Shown here one piece after another: positions 12,338-25,515 of a stretch of 64,000 bases of DNA (positions are counted from its first letter, which is position 1; every line of letters begins with the position of its first letter). The notes below the pieces were generated by a model. That model was not told where the DNA came from and ran no database searches. It saw only the letters and a list, made by a program, of their open reading frames with translations. Both the position numbers and the translations under genes were made by a program. This DNA comes from Rhina ancylostomus (lineage: Eukaryota). Location: the NCBI GenBank assembly GCA_030265395.1, contig JARFYF010000060.1, positions 11,494,507 through 11,558,506 on the forward strand, read 5' to 3'.

Positions 12338-12759
12338 ACTGACCCCTCCAAACTGGGCTGCCCAACTGGGGAGTGAGGAATTGTTCTGCACGTAAGAAGG
12401 AATGATACAATCCAGTGACTCACTGAATCAATTGTCCAATAATTATCTTATCAACATTTCCTTCAATGTTTGGACTGAACCTTGGGTTTTAACAATATTT
12501 CAAAACTTGCCAAATGCTCTTCGTGCACAGTAAAACTGTGAACTGGATTCACTGGGACTATAGAATCTTATCAGAAACCAATTGCTCTGGCAGGCCATGC
12601 ACTGCAAAAACTCACTGATTTCTCCAGAGTTTGCTCTTTGATGGTGGATGGTCCCATTGGCAGGATCTCAGACTGAATTCAGTGGCTCTCTGCCAGAATA
12701 AAACAAAATAATACAGCCTTAGTTAGGAAAACAATCAATGTTTGGAACCCTAGAGCTGG

Positions 12760-14130
12760 CTATCCCCACATCAGTACAGGTGTTCCTGGTGGCTGTGTCC
12801 TATACTCCTCTTGCACCAAGCAAGCATCAACCAAGTCCTCTGTGTTTTTGAGTATCCAGCCAAGATGTGAAATGCCCAGCTGTGGCTTCATGTGGACCAT
12901 ATCCATGTGATAGGTATAAAACATTGATAAAGATATTTCCCTGAAATGTCTTTAGAATTTTACACCAATGAGCCCACTGCAAACAACCTTGGTCATGATG
13001 CCTCCTCCAGAAAGACTGAATGCTCTCTTTGATGCCCACCTCTACTTCATGCCCGCTCAGCAGAGAGTATTCTTGCATCGTCCAAAGGAACATCTTGCTG
13101 GGAGGCCCTGGTGATTTTGTGAACCGAGCCTGAAAAGTCATCCTTAACGGTCTGCAACTTGAAAAGCTGCGGTGCCAATGTGTGGTCGATTTCTCATACA
13201 TCAGCTCTTGCACTTTGTTGTGAGGTGCTGAACTCTCTGGATTAATCATAATGTAAGAGCAGCAGACCCTCATTGAAGAAGGGAAACTGCCATGGTCAGA
13301 ACGGTCAATTTTGTGACAAAGATCTCTAGTGGCACCGAAAGTAATCATCAGTTTTGAAGTTCACCATTCCTTCAGTATGTCAGACTTTTGGCTATCCAAG
13401 GAAAAGAATACTTGAAGATTATCACCTCGCACTGGTACAGAGCATCAGTGAGCTTTGCCCAATTATAGCAAGTACCTCAAAGCAATGCAAAGAAATAAAT
13501 TGTTGAAGAACTCAGAGGGTCAGGCAGCTTGTGTGGATGCAGGGTCCTGGTGCAGGGCCTCGATCCAAAATGTCAACCATCCCTTTGCCTCCACAGTTGC
13601 TGTTTGACCCACTGAGTTCCTTCAACGGTTTAGTTTTTGCTTCAGCTTCCAGTATTTGTAATCTCTTGTGTCTCTGACCTCAAAGCAATGGAAGGATATC
13701 TAAATGCCTCCGCAAAATACTTTGAACTCACTGGTAGGCTCAGCAACTCAACTGCGTGTCCTCTCCCAAGCCGACATTTCTAGCATCGAGGACTTTATTA
13801 CAGTCAGTCAACTCAAATGGGAAGACAACATTGTACACAGACTCCAAAATAAACACTCTGCTCTGAGCTCCAGCATGGTGATTGTTCAGGTGGACAGAAG
13901 AAAGGATTCGGGGGCATTCTCAAAGCCTCCTTGAAAATGTGTAATGTCTCCATTAGCTCATGGGAATCCTTGGGTCTTGAACACTCAAAATGGAGAAGAT
14001 GCACTCAGGATGGCAATGGAAACCTTAAATCCATGAGTTTGGGAGCACACAGAGCCCAGCATAAGCAGTGGAAGGAGAACACTACCTCCCAAACTACCTT
14101 GCTGTTTGCCCCATTATGCCAATATATGGT
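12760..14130 (+). mobile_element. Degraded RTE-clade LINE fragments
   Basis: Remnants such as SIEDFITVSQLKW and CNVSISSWESLGLEHSKWRR resemble the RTE/BovB ORF C-terminus. Endonuclease-like remnants lie upstream. Boundaries approximate. Confidence 0.6.
13488..13676. mobile_element. Short Penelope-derived element with inverted terminal portion, inserted into the RTE
   Basis: 14-bp direct repeat acctcaaagcaatg at 13474-13487 and 13677-13690. gaactcag..ggtcaggcagc at the left end is the inverse of gctgtttgacccactgagttc at the right end. Confidence 0.75.
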
Positions 14131-15129
14131 GTGACCTTCTGAATGTTTGTGGTACTTGCATGTTTTTCTTGTATCCCTGTTCAAGAATATTCAGGTTCCT
14201 CCAACCTTTGTGAGATGGCTCTAACCTCTGGTATCAGCATGGACAGTTGCACAGTGGATCTAAGGTGGAAATCTGGGTGGTCCAACTTATATTTCTAATT
14301 TTTGCACAGTTGTTGTTTCTATATGTTCCTACTGCTGCTTCAGTTCTGAAGATTTGGCTAAATCTTTTGNNNNNNNNNNNNNNNNNNNNNNNNNNNNNNN
14401 NNNNNNNNNNNNNNNNNNNNNNNNNNNNNNNNNNNNNNNNNNNNNNNNNNNNNNNNNNNNNNNNCTTAATTTTTTGAGAACAACGAGATCTAAAGTTTCA
14501 GTTTTCAGTGCAGTAAATGAATATTGTATCGAAAACTGCCCTTATAGATTCCAGCCATGTGGTATATTTCATCATGGCTTTATTGTTTCTAATGAACTCG
14601 CAAATTTTGATGAAGCACATACAGCTGAACAGGATATGGGATTTGCTGAATTAGGATCTGCATGTTCTCCCAGTCGGTATAGCTGATGTCAGCACAGGGT
14701 GTGTGTTTTTCACGTGGGTTCTTTGCATCTGTTTGCATAGAACACGATATAAACTAATTCCTGGGAACAGATAAATAATATCCCAGTTTGTTCTGCCACA
14801 CAAAAACAGGACATGTTCCCCGAACATTTGAATTTAAATAATCTTGCTGGGTACAGATTTAAAGTTGCACATTCAGTCTAATTTGTTTACAGCGTTTGTT
14901 TTGTATTCAGTTTTTGTAAGTTCTGTCTTCAGACAAGCCAGAACGTGTAAGCCCACATTTCCTGTCAGGCAGCTTATTTCCATTACAACATGTTTTTCAT
15001 TACTCTTTCTTACATTATTTATATATTTAACTTCAGATATATTGTTATTTAATGTTATTTTCATGCACACATTGTGAACAACTTTTACAAGAAAGAACTC
15101 AATTAGAACAAAAAAAAGTCTATTTTAGT

Positions 15130-15505
15130 GCAAAATGATCATCGTGTTGCTAAACTGTAATGATGAGGGTTGTACAAGTTGGTTCAAGAACTGAATGGTT
15201 GAAGGGAAGTAGCTGTTGTTGAACCTGGTGGTGTGGGACTTCAGGCTTCTGTACCTCCTGCCCGATGGGAGCTGCGAAAAGATGGCATGGCCCAGATGGT
15301 GGGGATCTTTGATGATGGATGTTGCCTTCTTGAGGCTGCGCTACTCTCTGCAGCTTCTTACATTCCTACCCATTTGAATTGCTGTACCAAACCATGACAC
15401 AACTAGTCAAGATACTTTCAACAGTACATCTGTAGAAATTTGTCAGTGTTCAGTGACATGCTGAACCTCCTTAACCTTCAAAGAAAGTAAAGATGCTGGT
15501 CTGAC
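15130..15505 (-). mobile_element. Rex1/Babar LINE 3' fragment
   Basis: Shares gaagctgtt..ctgtacctcctgcc..gatgttgccttcttgagg motifs with the Rex1/Babar copy at 45820-45970. Confidence 0.6.
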
Positions 15506-15735
15506 ACAACTTCTGCGCCCTGTAGTGCATCGCCAGGTAGAGTCTCTCAGTGGAGGAACTCTCTCTCTGAGTCTCCATTCCCTTCCCAGGGAGAGCCAGA
15601 ATCACACAGGACCTGGAGAGAGCAGCTGGTGAAGGTGGAGTTCAGGGTCACCCTAAAGAATCGNNNNNNNNNNNNNNNNNNNNNNNNNNNNNNNNNNNNN
15701 NNNNNNNNNNNNNNNNNNNNNNNNNNNNNNNNNNN

Positions 15736-16018
15736 TTAGGAGAGTTAAGTATGAGAGGACATGGCTTTAGTGTGAAAGGGGGTTTGGGGGGAACTTCTTC
15801 ACTCAGAGTGGTGGGAGTGTGGAATGGGCTGCCATCTGATGTAGTAAATATGGGTTCACTCTTGAGGTTTAAGAATAAATTGGATAGATACATGAACGGG
15901 AGAGGTCTGGAGGGTTATGGACTGGGTGCAGGTAAATAGGATTAGCGGAATAATGTTTCAGCACAGACTAGAAGGGCCGATTGGCCTGTTTTCTGTGCTG
16001 TAGTGATCTATGGTTCTA
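15736..16018 (+). mobile_element. CR1 (HER1-like) LINE 3' end
   Basis: RGHGFSVKG..RVVGVWNGLPSDVV..FKNKLDRYM, followed by the gggccgattggcctgttt..ctatggttct tail. Confidence 0.85.
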
Positions 16019-16659
16019 AAAGATTTTTTTCTGCTTATCGAGATATCAAGCGATAACATTAAACTTTCCAGTTCAGCATGATATGATAAATTCTGTCTTC
16101 AGTCCAAACAAATGTTGGTGTTTTCCTATCGCCAGCTGTTCCCCAACCCCTGAGAGGTTCTTGCTGAAGGAATCCAAACTTCAATCTTGTTTTTGCAACA
16201 TTATATCGATTTCACCATTTCCTACACCTCACGTTCTCTCTGAATGAGATTGCCAATTAGTATTGAATTTTGGAGAGTTCAGCCCAACTTCAGAACCATG
16301 CCCTTGGGCTCCTTCCTGCCACCCTTCCCACCTCTAGCCCAAATCCTAGCTTCCCTCAGAGTTTTTTCAGACCTCACCTTCCTTATTTCTTCTCATTCTG
16401 GGATATATTTCCCTGGCTTTCAAAATCTGGGATTCTCTTCTATGTTACTCACAATCTGTGCTTCGTGAAGGTGAGGGTGTTTTTGTCGGAACAGTCGTGC
16501 AAGAAGCAAATCTAATCTGAAAAATATTGAAGGACGAAGCAACCTGGATAGCATGGATTCAGTTGCTGAGTTGGAGGCCTTGGTGAGGAAGGGGAAGGGA
16601 GGAGAGATGTCTTGTATATAAATCAAATATTCCATCTTAACTGGATGAAGGAAATAGCT

Positions 16660-16950
16660 GTGAGTCATTGCCATACAGCCCATCATATCTATGCCAACCA
16701 CTGGGTACCCATCCATATAAATCTCATCTTCCAGCACTTGGCCCACAGCCTTCTATGCGTTGGCAATTTGTGCTTGCCCAGACTCATTTGAAATGCTGTC
16801 AGTGACTCTGCTTCCATCACTCTCTCCAACAGTGCATTCCGGATACTCACCGCTCTCTGGGTGAAAAAGGTCCCCCTCAGATTCCCTCTAAATCTCTTAC
16901 CCCTAACCTTAAACCTCTGTCCTCGAGTTTTATCTACCCCTGATATGGGA
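16660..16950 (-). mobile_element. CR1 LINE 3' end
   Basis: Minus-strand KTRGQRFKVRGKRFRGNLRGTFFTQRAVSIRNALLERVMEA. Confidence 0.85.
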
Positions 16951-17079
16951 TCCATGGCAGGAGAAGGTGCCAAAGTCAGACTCAGCAACCAAAGAGGGTC
17001 TGGACTCCCAAACAGTTCAACACCAACTGGCAACCACACACAGACGGGGGCCAAGAGTGGAGAAGGGGTGAAGGGCGTG

Positions 17080-18420
17080 TTGGCAGCAAATTATGGCTTT
17101 GGCCTGCCGCCGATGTCTGCAGTCAAAGCGGCAGCGTAATGTGGCGTGCTCCAGACACAAATCATAACTAGAGGTGAGTGCAAAATTGGCATTGTTCGTG
17201 CAAGACAACCAGACGCCCTGCATAACCGCGGACAGTGTGCCCGGCATCCACCCTTGCCGTCGCAGCCGTCCGCACCCGGTTGGTTGGGACTCAAAGGCAG
17301 TCTTGTTTTCTTCAGTGCAGGATGCTCGGTCACCCCGTGTCAGTGTCGGTGATCCCTGGAAATAACCGTCGCTGACATTCGTCCCACTGGCATTTGGCTC
17401 GCCACACAATCCTTCTGCCGAACACTAAGTTACTGAAAAATAGTAGAAGTCACACGTGGAAATTTCCCCTTTTTTCCCGAGAAACATCATTCCTGTTCAC
17501 CTTCCCACAAGCAGCCATTCTTGTGAACGCAACGCCGGAGGTTGAGCTTTCCCGGCGTCTTGCAGTCACCCGTAGGGCGGCAGCAGGAAGTCTGGTTTCT
17601 TCATTGTGTCGCTCCGACGTCTGGGGCTGCGGCGAATCCCCCGATGTGAAACCTTCAGAGTTTCAATGATAAACCTTGTCCGAGATCAGAGGACAGATGC
17701 CGCCCGTTTCCACCAGGTTACTTCTGACGAGTAGCGGATGAGAAGCTCGCATGAAAAACATTCTGGGCTGTTTTCTTTCTTGATGGTGAGTGAGAGCTCT
17801 CTGCGGAGCACTCGCAGACACCAAGCTCTTGCAGGCTTGGCTTGCTGCTGCTGTTTTGGTAGGTTTCGTCTCTCCTGATTCGGAGTTTTGATTGTGAATA
17901 CATTCGTTTTGGTTTTTTTTTCTGACCGCGCCTGAAAAGTAAATTATTGATTTGGTGCATGTTGTCGAGGAGAACTCGGGAGATGGAAACGGGAGCCTCA
18001 CTCCGTCTGTGCAGCGCAGATTCTCCACTCCCTTCACTCTGTCCCCACCCTCCCNNNNNNNNNNNNNNNNNNNNNNNNNNNNNNNNNNNNNNNNNNNNNN
18101 NNNNNNNNNNNNNNNNNNNNNNNNNNNNNNNNNNNNNNNNNNNNNNTTGTTTTCTTCATCAGATCCCAGCTTGTGCTCCTCCCTTTTCTCCCAACTACGC
18201 GCCGCCGCTGCTCTTCTCCTTCCAAGTCTCTTTGTTTTTTTTTCTCCTCTCCTCCAGACCCCAACCTCTTTCTCTCACTTCTACCGTAATGCGTGCACCC
18301 TCTTTCCACACATTTCCCACTCCCCGATACCACCCTCTCTTTCCCAACCAGAACCACTCTCTCCCTCCGAATGTCTTCATAGTTCTTTGTTGTGAGACTC
18401 GATTTGCATTATATTCCTTT
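17080..18420 (+). promoter_or_regulatory. CpG-island promoter with probable non-coding first exon ending at donor ATG|gtgagt (17785|17786)
   Basis: Abrupt CpG enrichment in non-repeat DNA and a consensus donor. Motif cluster: CACGTG 17453-17458, GGAAATTTCCC 17458-17468, TTCCCGAGAA 17474-17483, CAGGAAGT at about 17584. Link to the IgV gene is inferred. Confidence 0.65.
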
Positions 18421-18689
18421 GCTGGCCCGTTGCCTACGATCTTATCGTGTCCAGAACACCAGATGTTATTTATAATGTATTTTGATCTTTTATTTTTAAT
18501 TTTAAATGTGAAATTCCACCTCTGATGCCAAGTTATGAGTCTTTGAGTGGTTTATTTGGCTTTGTATGTAACTTTCCTGTGCTAATGGACAGGAATAAAT
18601 ATTAGAAATTAGTTGGCATCATGCTAAAGTCCGTCTTGAAGAGACCAGAACCTTGAAAGTAATTTTCTATCCCACAGGAGACTGACGGG

Positions 18690-19070
18690 TAACCTTTTAG
18701 AAGTGTGTAAAATCATGAGGGACATAAATAGGCTGAATGCGCAGATGTTCTTTCCTCCAGGGAAAGGGAATCAAAACCTGGAGGGCATTGGTTTAAGGTG
18801 AGTGAGAGGGGAAAGATTTAAAAGGGACCTGAGGGGCAACTTCTTCAGGCAGAGTGTGGTGTATATATGGAGTGAGCAGCCAGAGGAAATGGTCTGGGCA
18901 GGTACAATAACAACATTTAAAACATACCTGGACAGGTAAATGGATTGGAAAGGTTTAGTGGGATATGGGCAAATGCAGGCAAGTGGGACTAGATTGAATG
19001 GGCATCTTGGTCAGCATGGATGAGTTGGGCCGAAGGGCCTGTCTCTATCCTGTGTTATTTTATGACTCTG
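18690..19070 (+). mobile_element. CR1 LINE 3' end
   Basis: gaagtgtgtaaaatcatgagggac..gagggcattggtttaaggtgag..gggccgaagggcctgt tail. Confidence 0.85.
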
Positions 19071-22000
19071 CTCAAATGAATTCATTTCTGCAGCTGCTCA
19101 GTAAGTACGAGGTAATGGAGTGCCAACATTGTGGTGATAGATGGTCTGGATGGGGATGAGCGGTCTTTAGATGGGACTTAACCTCAGTAACTTACAGTAG
19201 TATAGTATTTTTCGTATAGGGAAATGTTACATGGCATCTCAAAAGAGGGTCATCAAATATAATGTAATACACAGCCATAAGAGCAAGTCTTTGAAAGCTG
19301 TCAGACTTTGTCAGTGGACATTAGAATGACTATCGGGACACAGGAGAAATGGACAGTTCAGCAGGCTCTAAACCTCCTCCATATCTGGGTCAGCTGTCTG
19401 GAGTGGACGTGACGAAGTGAGGTTGTGCTACAACACGAGCCCAGGAATTGCTGCACGAGGCAGACTACCCACAGACTTTTCATCTGCTCAAGAATGGTCC
19501 ACACTCAGTTCGGGATCCTGAAGAGGACAGCTTGTGAGTCCGTCGAGGAAAACAGATGATTTTAATGGATTGACACAAAATGATCAAAATCAAAAGGTTA
19601 CAGGAATGACTGAAAGGGGAAAAGAGAGGTATAGGTTTTGTGCTGGCAGAGTATTTCAGTGCTCGGAAGCTTGTCAGTTGAAGGTTTGGCTGATCATGGT
19701 GAGTCTATTTAAATATGGAAATGTGAAGGCCAGACTTTTGGCAGCAGAGTTGTTACAGAAGGTTAAAGGGCTGGTTGAAAGATTCACTTGAATTTGAAAA
19801 CAGGAAGAGAATGTAAAATAAAAATGTTGTTTAACTTGGAGCAAACTTAGACCAAGGACCGGAGAGGTGATGGTGTGATGGTTAGCGGTGATGTAGAGTG
19901 GTTAGGAGACCTTCCAGGTGTGTGTCATAACATTGAATGTTGAATTAACAAAGACATCAAGAATTTCAGGACCGAGATGGTTTTAGGTAGAGGTGGTCAG
20001 GCTTTGCTGTAGTAGGAATATTTATATGATACTTGTGTCTGTGCTGATATGTGGGTTGCAAACAGTCAATTCAACCTGACCTCGGAGATGAATGGAGCCA
20101 ATGGTTTGAGCAAAGGAATTTGTGGTGGATGGAGCAAGACAAGGATTTGCCTTTGCTAATGCTTTGGAATTTCCATGCCTTCTCCACTGGGAGCCAGGTC
20201 GAGAGTCTGGTAATTTATAAACAGTGGAAGTTTCAGGAGAAATTGTGGTAAAACATATGATTATATTTTTGATGGAAAACGATGGCATAGCTCGAAGGAA
20301 AAAAAATTGGAGCACTAGTCTGCAAAGAAAGAAGAGTGGAGCTTTTTTGAGGAGAGTGGTGTAAATGTGGAAGGAGAGAGGGAGAATTTATCTCTCACAG
20401 TGGTCCAAGAGATACTAGACTGAGGGAATTCTGGTTGACAAATTAACATGGCATAATCAAGATAAAAAACAGAAATGCAGGGAATAATCAGCAGCTCAGG
20501 CTGCGTCTGTGGGAAGAGAATCAGAGTTAACATCCAGGTCTTAACACTCAACTTCAAAGTCTTGTTACGTAATTTGCTCACCTGCTATTTTAATATTAAT
20601 CATTTAAAAAAGAAATCCTCAGTCATTCAAGTTATGGTTAAAGTGAGGGGGTATGAGTATATTGTGTTAATGCTTTTTTTGTCACTGCAACATACATTCA
20701 TGGGCATAACATTCAATACATACTATGCAGAAGAATCCTCACCATCTGAATGCCAAGGTGATGAAGCATTGATTGAAAAAAAGATTCCTATGTTTGATTG
20801 ATAATTAGTCTAATCGATCAGCAAGCTTGTGAGGTAGCAAGGTAGTTTCTTCAAAGAAAGTAAGAGCTGGATAATGACACACCTTTCACTTAACATTCAT
20901 TAGTTTTTGATTTAGTCCACTCTTTCTCTTTGATGTTAACACAGCAGTGGTTAGTCTGACATTGTGAACATTGCATAAAAAGCAAGGTTCTTGGAAGGGT
21001 GTTATCAATTTTCCCTGTGTTATTTCACACTGAAACTGCTAGTACAGAATCATAGAATGGTTACAGCCCAGGGAGGGCATTCAGCTCCTTGAATCCATAC
21101 TGATTCTATATAAAAACAATCCAGCTTATCTCACTGTCACCCCTCCTTGTTGTTGCCCTCCCAATTCTTTCCTTTTAGATACTTAACCAGTTTACTTTTA
21201 AATGACACAATTGAATCTATCTCCACTACCACACCTATTGACCAAACCAGTTTTTTATCTATGCCCTGACAGGCCCTTTTTCATTATTTGATGACAAGCC
21301 TATTATGTGGCACCTTATTAAACACATTTTAGAAGTCCTATAATACCATATCAACCATATTTCACTTATTAACCTCCTGTTACTTCAAAGGAGTCTACAA
21401 GTTAGCTCAACACAATATGCCTTGAACAAACCCATGATGGCTTGTTCTGATCAATACATGCATGTCCCTGATTATTGTTCTAGAATTTCCTTAAACCAAG
21501 GTTAAACTGATTGGTCTTCAGATAAATTGGGTTATTCAAATAACCCAATTCAAACAAGCTGGAAGAGGTAACCACTTTACTAAATCTTAATCCATCCAGA
21601 ATAGAAATTACATATTCCTTTCCTGAGCATCTTCTTGCTTGTTAAATTCTGATGTAAAGTACTCAGTACCTCAACCATGCCCTTTGCCTCCATGAGTAAC
21701 TTTTCCTTTTGCTCTCTGATATAATCCTTTTGGAATCCTTTTCCTATTCAGACTCTGAAAGAATATTTTTGGATTCCCTTTTCTGTTTGCAGCCAGTCTC
21801 GTGCTTGTTCTTTGCCGATCTCAGTTTGTTTTCCATTACCTTTCTGTAATCAGCGTGATTCTCTTGTGGGTTAACAACCTAGCATTTGTTACTTGCCATT
21901 ATTTCAGCTTACCCCTTTGGTTATTTATGGAACTCTGGGTTTAATTTCCAATAAGACATTGGACCATGACCCCGTGTTTGCCCTCTCTCTGTAGCAGTAT

Positions 22001-23369
22001 TTGGAAGAAAATCAAGGCTGTTTCTTGGTATGTTTAGTGCATTGCGAAAATGACTTCCTTTTTTAAAACTGACTGCAACTACTTCAGACTGTCCTGGAGC
22101 TATTTTTTTTTGTTTCTTTTGCATTATTTTCTGTTTTAAAAAGGTGGGAAACTTAACAAGTCACTCGCCAAAGGAATCAATACTTGGTCAAGTGGGACAT
22201 TAATTTTCTATTTCTTCGCTTGTTGGTAACAGATTTCTTTCCAGTCTTAAAGATACAGAACAGAAGTGGGTGATGATTTGCAAGCTGCCAAACACTAAAA
22301 GTTGCAACATTTCTGAAGCTGTAGAATTCAGTGCTGTGCATTTGGACTTTCTACAGAATTTGATGATAGGCCATTGGTGAGGTGTTCAGTAACTTTATTC
22401 CAAGTGAAAGATATTTTGTCTCCAGTTGTGGGTTCTGTGAAGCTTTGGCTTGTCCAGTTCTACACTGACTTGCCATAAATATCTTTTTCTGCAACCACGA
22501 CAGGATTGTAAACCAAGTGGAGGAAAAACAGCAAAAATCTTTAAGAATAAAATTCAACTATATTTTAGTGTCTAAATATGATAGAAATATCTGCTGTTAA
22601 ATTATCAGTCTCTCTAAATAGTTGAATTGTTCACAGCTAGAATAAGTTCAAAGAAATATTGCCGGCTTGGAATGCCATTTACAGCGTGTGAAGCTTTGTC
22701 CTCCCCTCTTGAGTTCCTCTAAATTCATTCAGTCACATGGTACAGTTCTGTGTAAATTTAAAGAAATTCTGGTGCACTGATAAATTGGGAAGGCACTGAC
22801 TCAGAAAGCATGTGAAGGAAATGCACCATGAATTGTCCTTCAGTGTAATGCTTCATATATTCTGTGCAATGTATTCTTTATCCCAACACAATCCATGAGG
22901 TTGTTTAAAGTGAAAGATCATCATTGCCTTGCATATATTTTTAGAAACATTTGTTTAAAGAATCAAGTTTCATTTATTCTGGGGAGTTTCACAAATCACC
23001 TGTGGGCTGGGGAGAATTAGCCATGGAAAATTGTTGTAGCAGCAGCATCTACTCATTCTACCCCTTGCTACATGAGTAGGTGACACTCTAGATGCTGTAT
23101 TAAATTCAGTGGTTGCCCTTTAGATGAAGCTGCAGTCTTCAGTTCGTGCTTATTGAAACCTGGGAGATTGCAATGGGAATTTCCAGCCCATTAAAACAGG
23201 ACGGTGGAAAAACTATCTTTTCAACTTTCAGGATGCATAATTTTGTTTCCTAAAGGAAGCTAGAAACAGATATAATTTAAATCCAGTAAATTCCAAATTA
23301 AGGAGAACCATTAAGCCCGCATCACAAAAGTGGTGCATGCAAGTTCTGAGGAGAACGTTTTAAGTTACC

Positions 23370-24850
23370 TTTTTTTAGGATCTTGGCATTGTCAGCAAGG
23401 GTTGCATTCGTTGCTCATCCTGAAATGTTCTTGAGAAGGTGGTCATGGTGCGGTGCATCTGGTGAAGTACTCCCAGTGGCGGTGGGTAGGGAATTCTAGA
23501 ATTTGGACCCAGTACCCATTAGATTACATTAGATTGGATTAGTTTATTGTCATATACAGCAGGGTGCAATGAAATGCCTCTTTCACATGAAGCTCACAGA
23601 GTAAACAGTATACATGGTAATAATAAATACAACAATGAATAAAACAAATAAATGGCAGAATATTTCCAAGTTAGAATGGTGTGCAACTTGGAGGAGAACA
23701 TGGAGGTGGTGGCTTCTCATAGACCCAAAGTCCTTTGTCCATCTTGTTGGTAGAAGTTGTAAGTTTAGGAATGCCATTGGAGAAGACAATGGGAGTAACT
23801 GCAGTGAGTTTAGTAGACAGTTGGCGCTGTAGCTTCTGTGCACTGGTGTTAGGGGAAAGAATGTTTATGGTGGCGAATGGAGTGTGGGCTGCTTGAGAAT
23901 ATTCCATCATGCACTTGACCTTTGCCTTGTAGATAGTGGAAATGCTTTGGGGTATCAGGAGATGAGTCACTCACTGCAGGATACACAATCTCTCAACTGC
24001 TCTTGTGGTCTCAATATTTATAAGGCTGATCTGGTTGAATCTCTGGTCAGTGATGACTCCCAAGACGTTGATGGTGGGTGACTCGTTAATGGTAATGCCA
24101 TTGAATATCAAGCAATAGGTGGTTAAATTCTCTCTTCTTGGAGAAAGTCAATGCATGGCACTTCTGTGGAATGACTTATTTGCCACTTACCAACCAAAAC
24201 TAAATGTTGTTCAGGATTTGGTGCAGACACAAATTCCTTAATTTCATGAAGAAGTTAGATGGAATTGTACTTAGTTACATCATCAGTGAATATATAACTT
24301 CTCACCTTGTGATGAAAGGAAGGTGACAAAGCACTGAAAATGGTTCAGTCTCAGACATTACCCTGAGGAACTCCTGCAGTGATGTACTGGGGCTGCAGTG
24401 ATCTCCAACAGCCACAGCCATCTTCCTTTTTTGGGAGGACTTGTCTTTATTTCCATTGACTTCAGTTTTAAGAGTGTCAGTGAATCAAGTTAGGCCAGTA
24501 ACTCTTGTGCACTTAGACAGCCAAGACTGTCGCCTCTGCACCAGTAGTGGGGAAATGGCTGCTTGTGGTGGTGTATGTATAGCTCCCTGATGCTGCACTT
24601 GGTCAAGGGCTGCCTTGATATTAAGGACAGCCGCTTTCACCTCACTGTTGGAACTCAGCTTGTGTCTCCATGTCTTGACCAAGGCTATGGTGAGGTCTGG
24701 AGTTGAGTGGCCCAGAGAGAGGAAACAAGCTGGGCATCAGCGAACAAGTTATTGGTGAGTAAGTTTGGCTAAATGGCACTGTCAACAACATCTTCCATCA
24801 TTTGCTGATGATTGCAATTAGACTGGTGAGTCTGCAACTAACAAGATTGG
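23370..24850 (-). mobile_element. Degraded CR1-type LINE fragments
   Basis: Reverse complement of the family seen at 56130-56990 and 59260-60420. Minus-strand TIYKAKVKCMMEYS and VKAAVLNIKAALDQVQHQG are RT-like remnants. Confidence 0.65.
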
Positions 24851-24854
24851 ATTT

Positions 24855-25215
24855 ACTTACCATACACTGAAGGAGGCCATTTGGCCCATCTGGTCCATTC
24901 TGGACCCCAGTAGAGCAATCCCATCGGTCCCATTCCCCCTCCTCGTTTCCCTGTAACCTGCAACTTATTCTTTTTCACAGGCCCATTAACTCTGCTTTAA
25001 TTTATTTTGCCACTGTAAACAAAGAGGCAATTTACAGTGGCCAGTTAACCTAGCAACATAGGTTTGGAATATGAGAGGAAACCAGAGCAACCAACAGAAA
25101 TGCACACATTTGCAAAAAGAGCGTGCAAACATTGCACAAGTGTCATCCGAGGTCAGTGTTGAATAGGGTTCCTGGAGCCGTGAGGCAACAGCAACAGTTG
25201 CTACACACCATGCTA
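24855..25215 (-). mobile_element. V-SINE (HE1-like)
   Basis: gaaggaggccatttggcccatc tail, gagaggaaaccagagca..gaaatgcac..gtgcaaac V-domain, and a tRNA-like head. Related copies at about 28160-28470, 36970-37250 and 4215-4815. Confidence 0.7.
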
Positions 25216-25515
25216 TTTGCCCTTTCTTTTGAGGTGGTACAGTTCTAGTAACACTAATATATGCGTGTTATGTAAAGTTGAATGTTTGACCCCATGAACT
25301 AGTTTTGGGATTTATTTCTTTTGTTAAGACTGAAAAATCTGCCATATTTAACTTTCATTTTCCTTTTGCAGTTACTTTTCTCTCTCTGCACTTCATTTGA
25401 TTTTTGCAAACTGCTGACTATCCAACTTCTCTTCCTGCCCTCTGCATCGAAAGGTGGTTAATGATGGTGTTATTGGTGTTCTTCCTCTGGGTGCTATCCC
25501 TGTCCTTCCCCAGTC

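Noticed and set aside
17738-17785. ATG-initiated MRSSHEKHSGLFSFLM ending at the first-exon donor
   Set aside because: It ends in phase 0, whereas the leader exon needs phase 1 to stay in frame. At most a uORF.
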